The notes under the pieces were generated by a model. It was not told the DNA's origin, did no database searches, and worked only from the letters and a program-made list of their open reading frames with translations. Made by a program: the position numbers and the translations under genes. DNA of 62,935 bases from Chiloscyllium plagiosum (lineage: Eukaryota): assembly GCF_004010195.1 (NCBI RefSeq), contig NC_057719.1:74115657-74178591 (forward strand), read 5' to 3'. Shown piece after piece: positions 1-12,829 of the stretch. Numbering within the stretch: the first letter of the stretch is position 1; each line of letters opens with the position of its first letter.

Positions 1-6
1 GTAAGA
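1..6 (+). other. Probable 5' splice donor of the preceding CRIM1-like exon
   Basis: The window begins with GTAAGA, a good donor consensus. I recognised no CRIM1 exon-2-like sequence between 1 and 19538. Confidence 0.55.
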
Positions 7-956
7 CTCTCCTGATTTGTGTATAGCACATCACTGTAAATTTTAGAAGCATAAGATCAGGCAACCTGGGATCTGTGGCCAAACTGTTTGAAATATTGTA
101 CATTTTGCTATATAATATGTGATCTACCTGATTTTGAGATCATTTTAGTACGTTCAAATAACTTTTTCTAACCATTCTGCAATTATAGCATTGCTTTATT
201 TGAACCTAGATGGAAATGGTATTTAATAGATTTTCTTGGAGATTACATTTGTGTCTGTCTTAAGCTCATTCTGACTTACCTGACCAAATATTGTAAAATT
301 GCACACCAAAATGCAGGATAATTAAGTTATAACATATCACGTTGACTGTGACTGAACTGTCTTCTTATTTCTCTAAGTCTACAATGCAGTATTTGTGGTT
401 GGTTATGAGATAAATGTTGTAAAGACTCCAGTAACTGTTGCATCTTTTCCTGCCTGTAGTTAATTTGTGTAATCTTTCCACTTATTAAAGTTAATGGGTG
501 GGTTGGCTGACTCCCTCGAATAAAAATAACAGATGGCGGGTTTAAAAATCCAACCGCTCCAAAGCAATTTCCACCCAGTTTTAACAGGGACTGAGGAAAC
601 TTTACCTTCCACATTCTGTTGAACATCTGTCTCATTTATCATCATTGTTTCTCCTTTTCATTGCTTTGGCTGATTGAATATGCACAATGGTTCTGGGACC
701 TGATTCCTTTTCAGCCTAGGTACAGCAATGCTTTTCACACCTTGCTACCTGGTTTTCTAAATCACATTGACACAATTTTATTTCAAATACCCTAGTCCAT
801 TGATAATTAGGCTCCACTACGTTGTATTGCCAACATCCATTATAACACATTGCCATGACCTTTGAAGAGTTTCTCTTGTAGATCCTGGATTTTGAAATAA
901 TTTTTTGGGGTGTGAGCATTGCTGGCAAGGCCAGCATCTAATGCTGTAATTGAACT

Positions 957-1310
957 GGAGGCATCGTGGCTCAGTGGTTAGCACTGCTGCCTCACAGCGC
1001 CAGAGACCTGGGTTCGATTCCAGCCTCGGACAACTGTCTGTCTGTGTGGAGTTTGCACGTTCTCCCTGTTTCCCCTGGGTGCTCCAGTTTCCTCCCACAG
1101 TCCACAGATGTGCAGGTTAGGTGAATTGGCCTTGCTAAATTGCCCATAGTGTTCAGGGATGTGTAGGTTAGGTGCGTTAGTCAGGAGTAGATGTAGAGTA
1201 ATAAGGCAGGGGAATGGGTTTGGGTGGGATACTCTTCGGACAGTCAGTGTGGACTTGTTGGGCTGAAAGGTCTGTTTCCACACTGTAGGGATTCTATGAT
1301 TCTATTCTAT
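957..1310 (+). mobile_element. tRNA-derived V-SINE (HE1-like)
   Basis: A-box TGGCTCAGTGG, B-box GGTTCGATTC, V-domain GTGTGGAGTTTGCACGTTCTCCC, and a CR1-like 3' tail ending in ATTCTAT repeats. Confidence 0.9.
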
Positions 1311-1499
1311 GCATTGTGCTTGCTGGGCCACTTCAGAGAAGAGTTAACCCCATAAGACGTATGAATAGAAGTAGACCGTAGTTCTGGAGTGGAGATGGAT
1401 AAAATGGAGTAGTAACTTGTTATTTCCATCATGTTATTTTAGTACCTGGAGCCCTGAGAGATTCTAGGTGCATCTGTAGGGCACAAAAAGCACTGACTT

Positions 1500-3331
1500 A
1501 GAGCAATAGAATCGTACAGCAAGGAAACGGACACTTTGGTCAGCCGGTTCATCCCGACCATGTTCCCAAACTAAACTAGTCTCACCTGCCTGCACTTGGC
1601 CCATATCCCTCCAAACCTTTCTTGTTCACATTCTTATCCAAATGTCTTTTAAATATTGTAACTCCATGTGCATCCACCACTGTCTCTGGCAGTTCATTCC
1701 ACACGTGAGCCACTCTTTTTTTTAAAAACGTTGCCTCTCATGCCCTTTTTAAATCTTTCTTCGCTCCCCTGAAAATATGTCCCCTAGTTTTGAACTCTCC
1801 CACCCTAAAGGAAAAGACACCTTCCATTCACCTTATCTATGCCCCTTATAATTTTATAAAACTCAATAAGGTTATTTCTTGAACTCCAACATTCAAGTGA
1901 AAAAAGTTTTAATTTTTCCAGTATATTCTTGTATCTTAAATGCTCCATTCCTGGCATCATCCGGGTAAATCACTTCTGAACCCTATCCAGTTTAATAATA
2001 TCCTTCGTATAACAGGGTGACCAGAACTGGACACAATACTCCCGAATAGGCCTCACCAACGTCCTGTACAACCTCAACATGATGTCCCAACTCCTCTACT
2101 CAAAGGTCTGAACAATGAATGCTAAACGCCTCCTTAACCACCTTGTCCACCTTGTCCAAGTTTCAAAGAATTATGTACCTGAACCCTTCGGTGTCTCTGT
2201 TGTACAACACTACCCAGGGCCCTACAATGAATTTTATAGGTCCTATCCTTGTTTGTATTACCAAAATGCAATAACTCATGTTTATCCAAATTAAACTCCA
2301 ACTACCACTCCTCAGCCCGTTGACCCAATTGATCAAGATCTCTTTGTAATCTTAGATAACCTTCTTCACTGTCTGCTACACCACAAGTTTTGGTGTCATC
2401 TGCAAGCTTACTAACCATGCCACCTATATTCCCATCTAAATCATTTATATAAGTGGCAAAGTGGACCCAGTACTGATCCCTGGGGAACACTGCTAGTCAC
2501 AGGCTTCCAGTGAAAAAAAACAACCTTCCACCACCACCACCACCACCACTGTCTTTGACCATAAATGCAGTTTTGTGTCCAACTGGTAAGCTCACCCTGA
2601 ATCCCATGTGATCTAACTTTATTAATGAGTCTACCATCCAGAACCATAGTCAAAGATTTCACTAAAGCCCAAGTACACAATGTCTACCACTCTGCTCTTA
2701 TCAATCTTCTTTGGATATTTTGTTATAAAATTCAATCATTTGTGAGACATGATTTTCCTCATACAAAACCATGCTGACTATCCCTAATCAGTCCTTGCCT
2801 CTCTAAATGTATGTACATCCTATCTTTCAGAATCACTTCCAACAACTTGCCCATCGCCGATGTCAGACTCTAGGTCTATAGTTTCCAGACTTCTCCTTAC
2901 AGCCTTTTGTTAAACAATGGCACAGCATTAGTCACCTTCTGTCTTCCAGTACTTCACCTGTGTTTATGGATGATACAAGTATTTCTACTAGGAGCCCCAC
3001 AACTTCCTCTCTAACTTCCCACAATATTCTGGCACACACTTGATCAGGCCCTGGTGATTTATCTACCTTTTCCAGGTCCATCAGCATTTCCTATTCTGTA
3101 ATGTGTAATTTATTTCACTGAGTTCTCTAGCCTCCATTTCTTTCTCAGCAGTAAAACTGACAATAAATATTCATTTAATATCTCTCCCATCTTCTGAGGT
3201 TCTACATATAAGTCGATCTCATTGGTCTTTAAGGGGTCCTATTCCCCCTCTAATTACTCTCGTGCTCTTCATATATTTAAGAATCTTTTTGGATTATCTT
3301 CAACCTTATCTACCAAGGCTATCTCATATCC
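1500..3331 (-). mobile_element. CR1-clade LINE ORF2/3' end, degenerate; continues at ~4525-4715 after an insertion
   Basis: RT motifs in minus-strand ORFs ([23 protein letters not shown]) and a CR1 3' tail near 1500. Confidence 0.9.
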
Positions 3332-4524
3332 TGGAAGGTCAAACTTGAATGCTGAATATAGGATTAAAGACAGGATTCTTGGCAGTGTGGAGGAACAGAG
3401 GGATCTGGGTGTGCAAGTGCATAGATCCCTCAAAGTTGCCACCCAAGTGGATAGGGTTGTCAAGAAAGCATATGGTGTTTTGGCTTTCATTAACAGGAGG
3501 ATCGAGTTTAAGAGCCACAAGGTTTTGCTGCAGCTCTACCAGTCCCTGATGAGACCACACTGGAATATTGTGTCCAGTTCTGGTTGCCCTACTATAGGGA
3601 AGAAAGTGGCTTTGGAGAGGGTGCAAAGAAGGTTCACCAGGATGCTGCCTGGACTGGAGGGCTTGCCTTATGAAGAAAGGTTGAATAAGCTCAGACTTTT
3701 CTCCCTGGAGAGAAGGAGGAAGAGAGGAGCCCTGATCGAGGTCTACAAAATAATGAGAGGAATGTTGTGGTTCTGTTTGCTGAGCTGGGAATTTGTGTTG
3801 CAGATGTTTCGTCCCCTGTCTAGGTGACATCCTCGGTGCTTGGGAGCCTCTTGTGAAGCGTTTCTGTGATGTTTCCTCCGGCATTTATAGTGGCCAGTCC
3901 CTGCCGCTTCCGGTTGTCAGTTTCAGCTGTCCGCTGCAGTGGCCGGTATATTGGACCCAATATACCGGCCACTGCAGCGGACAGCTAGAACTGACAACCT
4001 GAAGCGGCAGATACAAACCACTATAAATGCCGGAGGAAAGATCACAGAAACACTTCACAAGAGGCTCCCAAGCACCGAGGATGTCACCTAGACAGGGGAC
4101 GAAACGTCTGCAACACAAATTCCCAGCTCGGCGAACAGAACCACAACCACGAGCACCCGAGCTACAAATCTTCTCCCAAACTTTAAATGAGAGGAATAGA
4201 TAGAGTCAATAGCCAGAGACTTTTCCCCAGGGCAGGATTGACTGGTACGAGAAGTCATAGTTTGAAGATATTAGGCGGAAGGTATAAAGGTGACGTCAGA
4301 GGTTGGCTCTTTACATAGAGAGTTGTGAATGCATGGAATGCATTGCCAGCTGTGGTGGTGGAAGCAGAGTCATTGGGGACATTTAAGCGACTGCTGGACA
4401 TGCACATGGATAGCAGTGAGTTGAGGGGTGTATAGGTTAAGTTAGTATATTTTACATTAGGATTAAATCTCGGCACAACATCATGGGCCAAAGGGCCTGA
4501 TCTGTGTTGTACTTTTCTATGTTC
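3332..4524 (+). mobile_element. 5'-truncated CR1 LINE 3' end inserted into an older CR1
   Basis: RDLGVQVHRSLK...LERVQRRFTRMLPGL motifs, a TTCTATG tail, and a candidate TSD TATCC (3327-3331 / 4525-4529). Confidence 0.9.
3764..4185. mobile_element. Palindromic Penelope-like element terminus (inverted pLTR) with a hammerhead-like motif
   Basis: 191-nt inverted arms (3764-3954 / 3957-4147) and a 12-bp TSD AATGAGAGGAAT (3752-3763 / 4186-4197). Motif CCGAGGA-stem-GAAACGTC at 4075-4108. Resembles the 3' end of the GIY-YIG fragment at 25355-25750. Confidence 0.85.
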
Positions 4525-4719
4525 TATCCCATCTTTGCCTTCCCTGATTTCCTCCTTAAGAATGCCACTAGACTCTTTAATTCTTCAAGAGATTCCATTG
4601 ATCCCAATGGTCTGTAAATAATACATGTTTCTTTTTATGTTTGACTGGAACTTCATTATCTTTATTTGACCATGGCTCCCTAATCTTACCAGCCTAGGCT
4701 TTCCCCCTAACAATCTGGA

Positions 4720-4930
4720 CTTTAAGATGGCCACAGTGGTCACCCGACCAGAGTGATCCAAACTTATGACATCATCACTAAACAAGACTCCGTCTGGGCC
4801 AAAATAGCCATTGTTATAAAAAAGGCATTGAAACTCCAATCTCTACCTCCGAGTTACTTCATGCCATTGAGGGTGCACACATTAGGATGAGAGTCACCAC
4901 CAATTTATCAACTTGATAAAAGCAATGAAG
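4720..4930 (+). mobile_element. Possible highly decayed PIF/Harbinger transposase remnant
   Basis: A frame near 4860-4900 reads HAIEGAHIRMR, resembling the Harbinger first-Asp motif GAIDGTHI. Otherwise broken by stops. Confidence 0.3.
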
Positions 4931-5321
4931 TCAGTCCCAGGAGTACTCCTGGCTTTGATGGGTGGACAGTGCATGGCTGTATCTGGCATGTTGACTCAAG
5001 ATGCCCAGGGCTCCAAGTTAAAATCACACAACACCAGGTTATGGTCCAACAGGTCTATGTGGAGGCACTAGCTTTCGAAGTGCTGCTCCTTGGGGCGAAA
5101 TTGAGGCAAAATTGGGGCTTAGAGAGTAGAGTAGGGGCAAGAGTTAGATAGATGGAGTCAGTGGCAACATGGGGAAGTTCAGAGCTGATTGGATTGACAG
5201 GGAGGGATACAGTGAAGGAAATGTGCAGGTTTGGGGATTCATCAAGGGATAAGAGGCAGAGCTTGAGACTGTTTTCCAGGAATTACTGCTGTTTCCTTCC
5301 ATTGTGCTGTAAATAACAAAT

Positions 5322-5631
5322 GGGCGGCACGGTAGCACAGTGGTTAGCACTGCTGCCTCACAGCGCCAGAGGCCTGGGTTCAATTCCCACCTCTGACAGA
5401 CTCTCTGTGTGGAGTTTGCACATTCTCCCCGTGTCTATGTGGGTTTCCTCCGGGTGCTCCGGTTTCCTCCCAAGTCCAAAAATGTGCAGGTCAGGTCAAT
5501 TGGCCACACTAAATTACCCATAGTGTTAGCTGTAGGGGAATGGGTCTGGGTAGTTTGCGCTTCGGCGGGTCGGTGTGGACTTGTTGGGCCAAAGGGCCTG
5601 TTTCCGCACTGTAAGTAATCTAATCTAATCT
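5322..5631 (+). mobile_element. HE1-like V-SINE, full length
   Basis: GGGCGGCACGGTAGCACAGTGG head, B-box, V-domain and a (TAATC)3 tail. Confidence 0.92.
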
Positions 5632-6539
5632 GAACAACGGAGCTGGGAATAGCTACCGCCTTCACTGGCGTGGGTTGGGTAAGTGCTTCATTGCATTGAG
5701 GGATGGGGCTATACTTTCAAATGATGTGAAGACCTTCGAAGGAGCAACAGCATGACATGCATTGCACACACAGCACAGACTGACTGAACATTAATGTCGT
5801 TGCACAGCGGGTGACTGAAGGTGACATGGTACCTTCTATCATAGAACTTCACGTTGTAATGTCATGTTGAAGTACACTGCCTATCTGGAATGGAATCTAG
5901 GCAAAAAAATGACAGTAGCAGTAGGACTAGAAGGCTTGTCCTCACTCCTAGTCTGCCACAGTGAATTGGAGAAATGCACCTTTGCCATGAATTGAAGGTA
6001 TCTATGAATTTCACCACTTCTGAAGGCATCAAATATACAATGGTGCTATCACTTTAGAACCTAACTATTCAAAGACTCTAAGAACTTTTTAAAGTTGTCT
6101 ACTCTTGACCTTTCTGTTTGAACTACACACTCTCACCCCCATTTTGAACTTCCTACCTATGCGTTTGATACCTTGTTTTTGGGTTACGTCATTAAGTTTT
6201 TTCTTCTTTCAATTAAGAAAAGCTTGCAATCGGCTCCTTCACTATGACTTCACAAACCCATGTTTAAATTAAAGTGTGATATAGCTGCATGATAAAATAA
6301 CAAGTACAAATCTTTCGTAGGGCAAACCGTGGGAGGATTAAAACATGATTGCAACAAGAGTCACATGCAGGCCAGACCAGATAAGAGTGGCAGATTTCCT
6401 TCCCTAAGGGACATGAGCGAAACAACATGAATATATAACAGTTTTGTGGCACTATTTCTGAGACTAGCTTTCAATTCCAGATTTATTTAAATTGGCCAGA
6501 TGGGATTTGAACCATTGTTCCTTGAGTCTTTAGAAGTCC

Positions 6540-8350
6540 AGTGTCTGACAAATTTGGTTGAATTTTTTAAGGAGGTGACTATGTGTGTAGATGAAGGTAG
6601 TGCAGTTGATGCAGTTTATGTGGGTTTCTGTAAAGCCTTTGATAAGATATCAATAGTAGAATCCCTGCGTTGCGCAAAGAAGCCATTCGGCCCATCAAGT
6701 CTGCACTGATTCTCCAAACAGAATCCCATCCAGACTCAGCCCCTGTCCCCATGATTAGATTAGATTAGATTACTTAGTGTGGAAAGATGCCCTTCAGCCC
6801 AACAAGTCCACACCGACCCACCGAAGCACAACCCACCCATACCCCTACATTTACCCCTTCACCTAACACTACTGGCAATTTAGCATGGCCAATTCACCCG
6901 ACCTGCACATCTTTGAACTGTGGGAGGAAACCGGAGCACCCGGAGGAAACCCACGCAGACACTGGGAGAATGTGCAAACTCCACACAGTCAGTCGCCTGA
7001 GGCGGGAATTGAGCCCGGGACTCTGGCACTGTGAGGCAGCAGTGCTAACCACTGTGCCATGATCCCGAATTTCTCATGTCCAACTCACACCTGCACATCC
7101 CTGGACACTATGAGCAACTTAGCATGGCCAATCCACCTAACCTGCACTTCTTTGAACTGTGGGGGGGAAACCAGAACACCCGACAGAAACCCATGCAGAC
7201 ACGGAGAACATGCAAGCTCCACGCAGACAGTTGCCCAAGACTGGAATTGAATTCGGGTCCATGATACTGTGAGGCACCATGCCACCCATTCTCACATCGG
7301 AGACTGATACAGAAGGTAAAAGCACGTGATTCGGGGTTACTTGGCAAGATAAATCCCAAAGTTGGCTTTATGATAAGAGACACAAAATGGTGTCAGAAGG
7401 CTGTTTGTGTGACTGGTGTCCAGTGACATACCACAGGTATTGGTCCTGGGACCCTTAGTTTTCATAACATGAATAAACAATGTGGATGAGAATGTGAGGG
7501 AGAAGATAAGTAAATTTCTGAATAACATGAAGATTGGCCAGGTGATTGACAGTGAGGAAGAAGGTCTTAGGTTATATGACGATATAGACAGATCAGTGGC
7601 AGATGGAATGTAACTCTGAAAAGTGTGCATTTTGGGCAAAATAGCAATAAAAGGGAGTAAGTGCTCAATGAATGGCAGGCTATTGGGAAGCTCAGGATGT
7701 TGAGGTGTTTGTCCACAAATCTGTGAAGGCAGAGGGACAAGTTAATAGGGCAGTTAAGTTTTCATATGGGACACTCTCTTTTTGTCAGCTATGGTTTAGA
7801 AGCTAAAAGCAGGGATGCTATGTTGGAGCTGTACAAGATTTTGGTTAGTTCATAGATGGAGTATACACTGTACGGCTCTAAGTCACCACATTATAGGAAG
7901 GATGTGATTGCACTGGAGTGGCAGAGAATAGATTCACCAGGATGTTGCGGGGTTGGAGCATTTTAGCTATGAAGAAGAACTGGATAGAGCAGAGAAGGCA
8001 GAAGAGAGACCTGATTGAGGTGTATACAATTGAGTGGTACAGTCAGAGTGGATAGGAACAAGCTGCTGCTTCCATTATATGAAGGGTCAATAACTAGGGT
8101 GTATAATTTTAAGGCAGGAGGTTTCGAGAGGAATTGTTATTTCACCCAGAGTGTGGTGGGAACCTGGAATGCACTGCCTGTGCAGGCTAGTTGAGATGGG
8201 AAACATCACAACATATCTTTGAAAAGAATATGTGGATGAGCACTTGAAATGTAATCACACTCAAAGCTATGGGCAAGTGCTGGAAAGTGGGATTGATTGG
8301 CACTGACTCAATGGGCTAAAGGATGGCTTCTGTGCTGTATGATGCTCTGA
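6540..8350 (+). mobile_element. Old CR1 LINE RT/3' fragment interrupted by nested SINEs at ~6652-7290
   Basis: CLTNLVEFFKEVT..VDEGSAVDAVYVGFCKAFDK precedes the SINEs; degenerate RT and a CR1 3' tail follow them. Confidence 0.8.
6652..7290 (-). mobile_element. Two nested V-SINEs (inner copy 6756-7056)
   Basis: The inner copy has a (GATTA)n tail and is flanked by CCATGAT at 6749-6755 and 7057-7063. The halves of the outer SINE lie on either side. Confidence 0.88.
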
Positions 8351-9209
8351 CAAGGTCACTATTCCACCATGTCCCCCTTTGACCAGCCTAAATAATAACA
8401 AACATCAACAACAGAATCCAGCGTGTTTTAATACAGATATTAAGTGTGGTGGTGGGAATGGAAAATTAATTCCTGGTGCACTGCAGACATTAATTATCCC
8501 AGGGGTAAGACTGTTGGCCACTACCCCTGTGTGATGTTCAGTGATAGCGGTGAAGAATGCTCAAAGCTGTGCTACTCAAGTTAATTTCTCCCTCTACATT
8601 TTAAAAGATCAGATATAGCATCAGGCTTTAACCAACCTCCTGCCAAAATTCCTGAGTTAAATGTGATTTGGATGCTTTCTGAACCTAACTTTACTTTTGC
8701 TGCCAAGCAGTAATTCTGAAACGGTTTAAGTGGTAACAAGCCCCTCCGTTTTGTAACCCAGCCACCGCCGTTTGCATTTCTGCACGTCCAGTTTCGAGAC
8801 AGATTGGCTTTAGTGTTTCAAAATGATTTCATTCTGCTAATCAACTCCAACGTGAGTTTAATTTACATGTTGGGATTAATAATATCCACGGCTGTCACAT
8901 TGTCTCCAGAGGCATGTTCTATTCATGCAATAATTTGTTGCAAATGTTTTTGTGCTGATTTTGTTTAAACTGATTTTGTGAATTTGGGAATGGCCAAAAA
9001 TGAATTTGTGTGTATTTGTTTGTTTGCGATATTCTAATTTTTGTGTGTGTATGTACAATATATTTTTCTTAGATTAGGTATAGAGGCAACTCTGTACCTG
9101 GAGCTCACGTTTAATTAAATGACCTTGCAGTCTCGTGACAATTGCATATCATCATAAAACAAACCCATGTAACACTCAGACAAATTTTCACAACACAAAA
9201 AGCAAAAGA

Positions 9210-9535
9210 TTGGCACAGTGTCTCAGTGGTGAGCACTATTGCTTCACAAAGCCAGGGACCCGAGTCAATTCCAGCCCAGAGCGACAGCCTGTGAGGCATT
9301 TGCACATTCTCTCTGTGTCTGTGTGAGTTTCCTCCCACAATCAAAGATGTGCAGGTTATGTGTATTTACCACCTTAAATTGCCCATAATGTTCAGCGATG
9401 TGTGGGTTAGGTGCAGTAGTCAGAATGAAAGTAGAGTAATTGGGTAGGAGAATGGGTCTGGGTGGGTTATCCTTCAGAGGGTCGGTGTGGACTTGTTGGG
9501 CTAAAGGGCCTGTTTTCACACTGTAGGAGTCTATG
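9210..9535 (+). mobile_element. Degenerate HE1-like V-SINE
   Basis: Diverged tRNA-like head, V-domain and GTGGACTTGTTGGGC tail. Confidence 0.82.
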
Positions 9536-9594
9536 CTCAAGACTTTCAAGATTGAATGTATTCTGTGAGCAGGTATTTTGTCGGATACATGCGA

Positions 9595-9930
9595 GACATG
9601 GTGGCCATATTACTGGACCGGTAATCCAAAGCCCCAGGTTAATTCATCTGTAGACTGGGTTCAAATCCCACCACAACCAGAAGAATTTAAATTAATCAGA
9701 TTAATTCTATAACAAAAAAGTATGGAAAATAAAAGCTATTCTCAGTAAAGTGATAATTAATCGCTCTTCAATTCCTGCAAAAACCCATCTGGTTCATCAT
9801 CCTTAAGGAAATCTTCCAACTTTGCCTAGTCTATCCTTGATGTGCAAGTAATGTGGTAATTCTTAATGATTACCCTGTGAAAAGGAAAAACAAGCCAGTC
9901 AGTTCAAGGGCAATTTAAGATGAGCAACCG
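9595..9930 (+). mobile_element. Second tRNA-derived SINE family, degenerate
   Basis: GGGTTCAAATCCCACC B-box. The tail CAGTTCAAGGGCAATT..GATGAGCAA is shared with the LINE at 25755-28402. Confidence 0.6.
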
Positions 9931-9939
9931 GTTATGGAA

Positions 9940-10205
9940 TCAGCCCATCGACTCTGCAATGATCCTCCAAAGAGCATCCCACCCAGACCTCGCCCCAACA
10001 CAAACCTTCTAACCCTGCATTTACCATGGCTAGCCTGCACATCCCTGGATACTGAGCAATTTAGCGTGGCCAATCGGCTAACCTGCACACCTTTGGACTG
10101 TGGGTGAAAACTGGAGCACTCGGAGGAAACCCACACAGGCGCAGGGAGAATATGTGGGAATCCACACAACCGCAGCAGTGCGAACCATTGAGTCATTGTG
10201 CTGCC
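9940..10205 (-). mobile_element. Partial V-SINE
   Basis: Reverse-complement V-domain (GGAGCACTCGGAGGAAACCCAC). Confidence 0.78.
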
Positions 10206-12829
10206 CTCTTCAGCTGAGTAGTTGGCCCTAGTGTCCTGGCTAATTCCTCAACCAATGTCATTGAAACTATTTATCAAATCATTATTACGTTGTTATTCAT
10301 GGGGTCTTGCTGTGTAAATACTGGCTGTGGTGTTTCCTATGTCACAATAGTGACTGCACGTTTTTTTCATTCATGGGATGTGGACGTCACTGGCCAGGCC
10401 AGTGTTTATTACTCATCCCCAGAGGGCAGCTAAGAATCAACTGAAACCACATGTAGGCCAGACCAGACTAGGTAAGGCTGGCAGATTTCCTTCCCTAGAG
10501 GACATTAGTAAACTGGGTGTTTTTTTTTAAACAATCAGCAATGATTTTGTGGTCATTACCTGCATCTTGCGGAAAAACATTTTAAAAACCGCTTTGTTAA
10601 CTTATCGCATGGTTGGGTACTGCTGGCAAGACCAGCATTTGTAACCCATTCTTCGAACCATGTGACTTTTAATTCCAGATTACTTTCAGCCTCTAGACTA
10701 CTAGTGCAGTGTAATTACCAGCATGCCACTATCTCCACTACCAATCACAAGTGCAAAATAATATGTTTGTAGAAATTGAAATTTAGTAAATGTCACTAAA
10801 CCTGCCAATGTGTTAACATATTTTACTAAGTTAGAAATTCTTCAAACTAAGTCTGCTCGTTATCTTTTGCAGTGTGTCACTCTCACTCGGGTCACATTTT
10901 CCATATTCTCCCAATGCTGTACTTCTACCATTCTGCTATGGCAACTCCAACTTCGGCACAGGCAGAGAATCATAATCTTCAAGTATCCTCGAGGTCCTGA
11001 ATCCGGAATGCTTCAGCACTCTCGCCCCATCTCAAGCCACATCTGACAAAGTAGCTCTCGTATAGCTTTCCTTTTTACCAACTCTTCTTATTCCCTCCAG
11101 CAAATCACCACCCTTTTCCACACCCATCTTTGCAGACTTTAATCATGGATGATTGATAAGAAATATTATTAAAATAATTTAGTTCCACTCATTTAACCAT
11201 GCCCCTGAGATGTTTCCATCTCCCCAGACATATCCCGCCCATTCTTTCATCATTGTTTTTCTGCCATGTTCTAACTCTCCTCCTCCTACAGTGCTGTTGA
11301 AAGGCATGTATAGCCTTAACTTTCCCATCTCCTTCACCCACAAGTTAGATGCAATTTCTTTACTTGTCATGTAAGAAAGAGGCTCCTCAAATCTGCCCTG
11401 CCATTCAACAAGATTGCCCCAGGCCTCAACTCTTGTGTCAAGCCAACTCAGCACAGCCATCAACTCCCTTGAATATTTGAAAAAAATTACCTACCTTCTC
11501 TTTGAATACTTTCACTGATCAAGCCTTCACAAACCTCTGAGGTGAGAATTCCAGCCATTCACTATCCTCTGGGAGAAGAAATTCCAATGTACTTCATTTT
11601 AAATGAGCGCCCTCTTACTCAACTATGACCCCTCGTTTGAGAGACCCCCAATTCTCAACATCTATCTACAGAAGGCTGCATTATGTATCTGTCTTCCACC
11701 TTCTAAAACTCTGACCAATGCTCTATCTTTACATGCACTCAAGATACGAAATCAATTCCCTCCGCCTGCTTACTGTTAAACTTAACAATATAAACTTAAC
11801 ATGAATATTAAAAATCAGTATCTTTTAAACAGTTACCAGTCAATGTTTCACGTACAACTTTAGAAGTGGGATCTGCATTTGGTGAGACAATGAGCATGAG
11901 TGGCCTGGTGCCAGGGTAGGAGCTAATTCTAACACCATGTCAGCTACCTCGGCAAGTCAGTCTTACATGAGCCCTATTGGTGAGGGCTTGGTTAAGGAAT
12001 TTCATATTAGGGAGGCTCAAGAAAGTGAAATAATGGGTATCTGTGCATACTGTTTGGTGCATTGGGAATCTTACCAAGAGGGTAGTTTGCGTATGGAATG
12101 AACTTCCTGAGGAAGTGGTGGATGCAGGCACAATTACAACATTTAAGAGACACTCAGATAAGTACATTGAAAGGAAAGATTGAGAGGGTCAGGAGTAGGC
12201 AGTTGGGACTAATTTAGTTTGGGATTATAAACAGCATGGACTAAAGGGTCTGTTTCTGTGCTGTATGGCTCTGACTCTATAAGTCTAAAGTCAATGCCGA
12301 GGAGCATGGAAGAGCCCATCTCCAACTTTGTACCTGGATTTTCCCAGAGCTTGGAGAGCATCCTTTACAGTGTAGAAGTGACAGACATCTCTATTATGTA
12401 TGCTGCTCACATGTGGTGTGTGGTATTCAATGCCTCGGATTCCATTGCAGCACGTGTAGAACTTGCTGAATATGGTGTAAGGCCAGGCTGCTGTTGGGGA
12501 TGTTCATAGTGCTGCCATTCTGGCTGTGAGGGCCAGGGTCAAAGGGTCAGTGGTTCATCCCAAGGGCATGCCTGCATGGAGCTTTAAACCTCAGAACGAC
12601 CGATTTGTCCTCCCATCACAGCCATTCTGTCAGTACCTTGCCTGTGGTCAGTCAATCAATCAGTCAGCCCATCCAGAAAGCTATGACTCCAGGTTATCTT
12701 AGAAGCCAGTTTCATTGAAAGTCGTGAACCTTCCACAAACTATGCTGCAAACTCTGGGATTGCTATGAATAGGAATTACTGGAATAGGGTGAGCTACACA
12801 CAGGATAGTCAATGATTAGTTTAGGAGCG

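Noticed and set aside
957..1030. tRNA genes at SINE heads (also 5322, 9210, 48585)
   Set aside because: The A/B boxes run directly into SINE bodies and LINE-like tails; no complete cloverleaf is evident.
3222..3827. 201-aa ORF as a gene
   Set aside because: It is a chimera of an antisense CR1, a sense CR1 ORF2 tail and the palindromic insert.
10860..11463. Possible exon after TTTTGCAG, or an LTR-element gag remnant on the minus strand
   Set aside because: The plus frames show no CRIM1-like content, and the minus-strand similarity is too weak to call.
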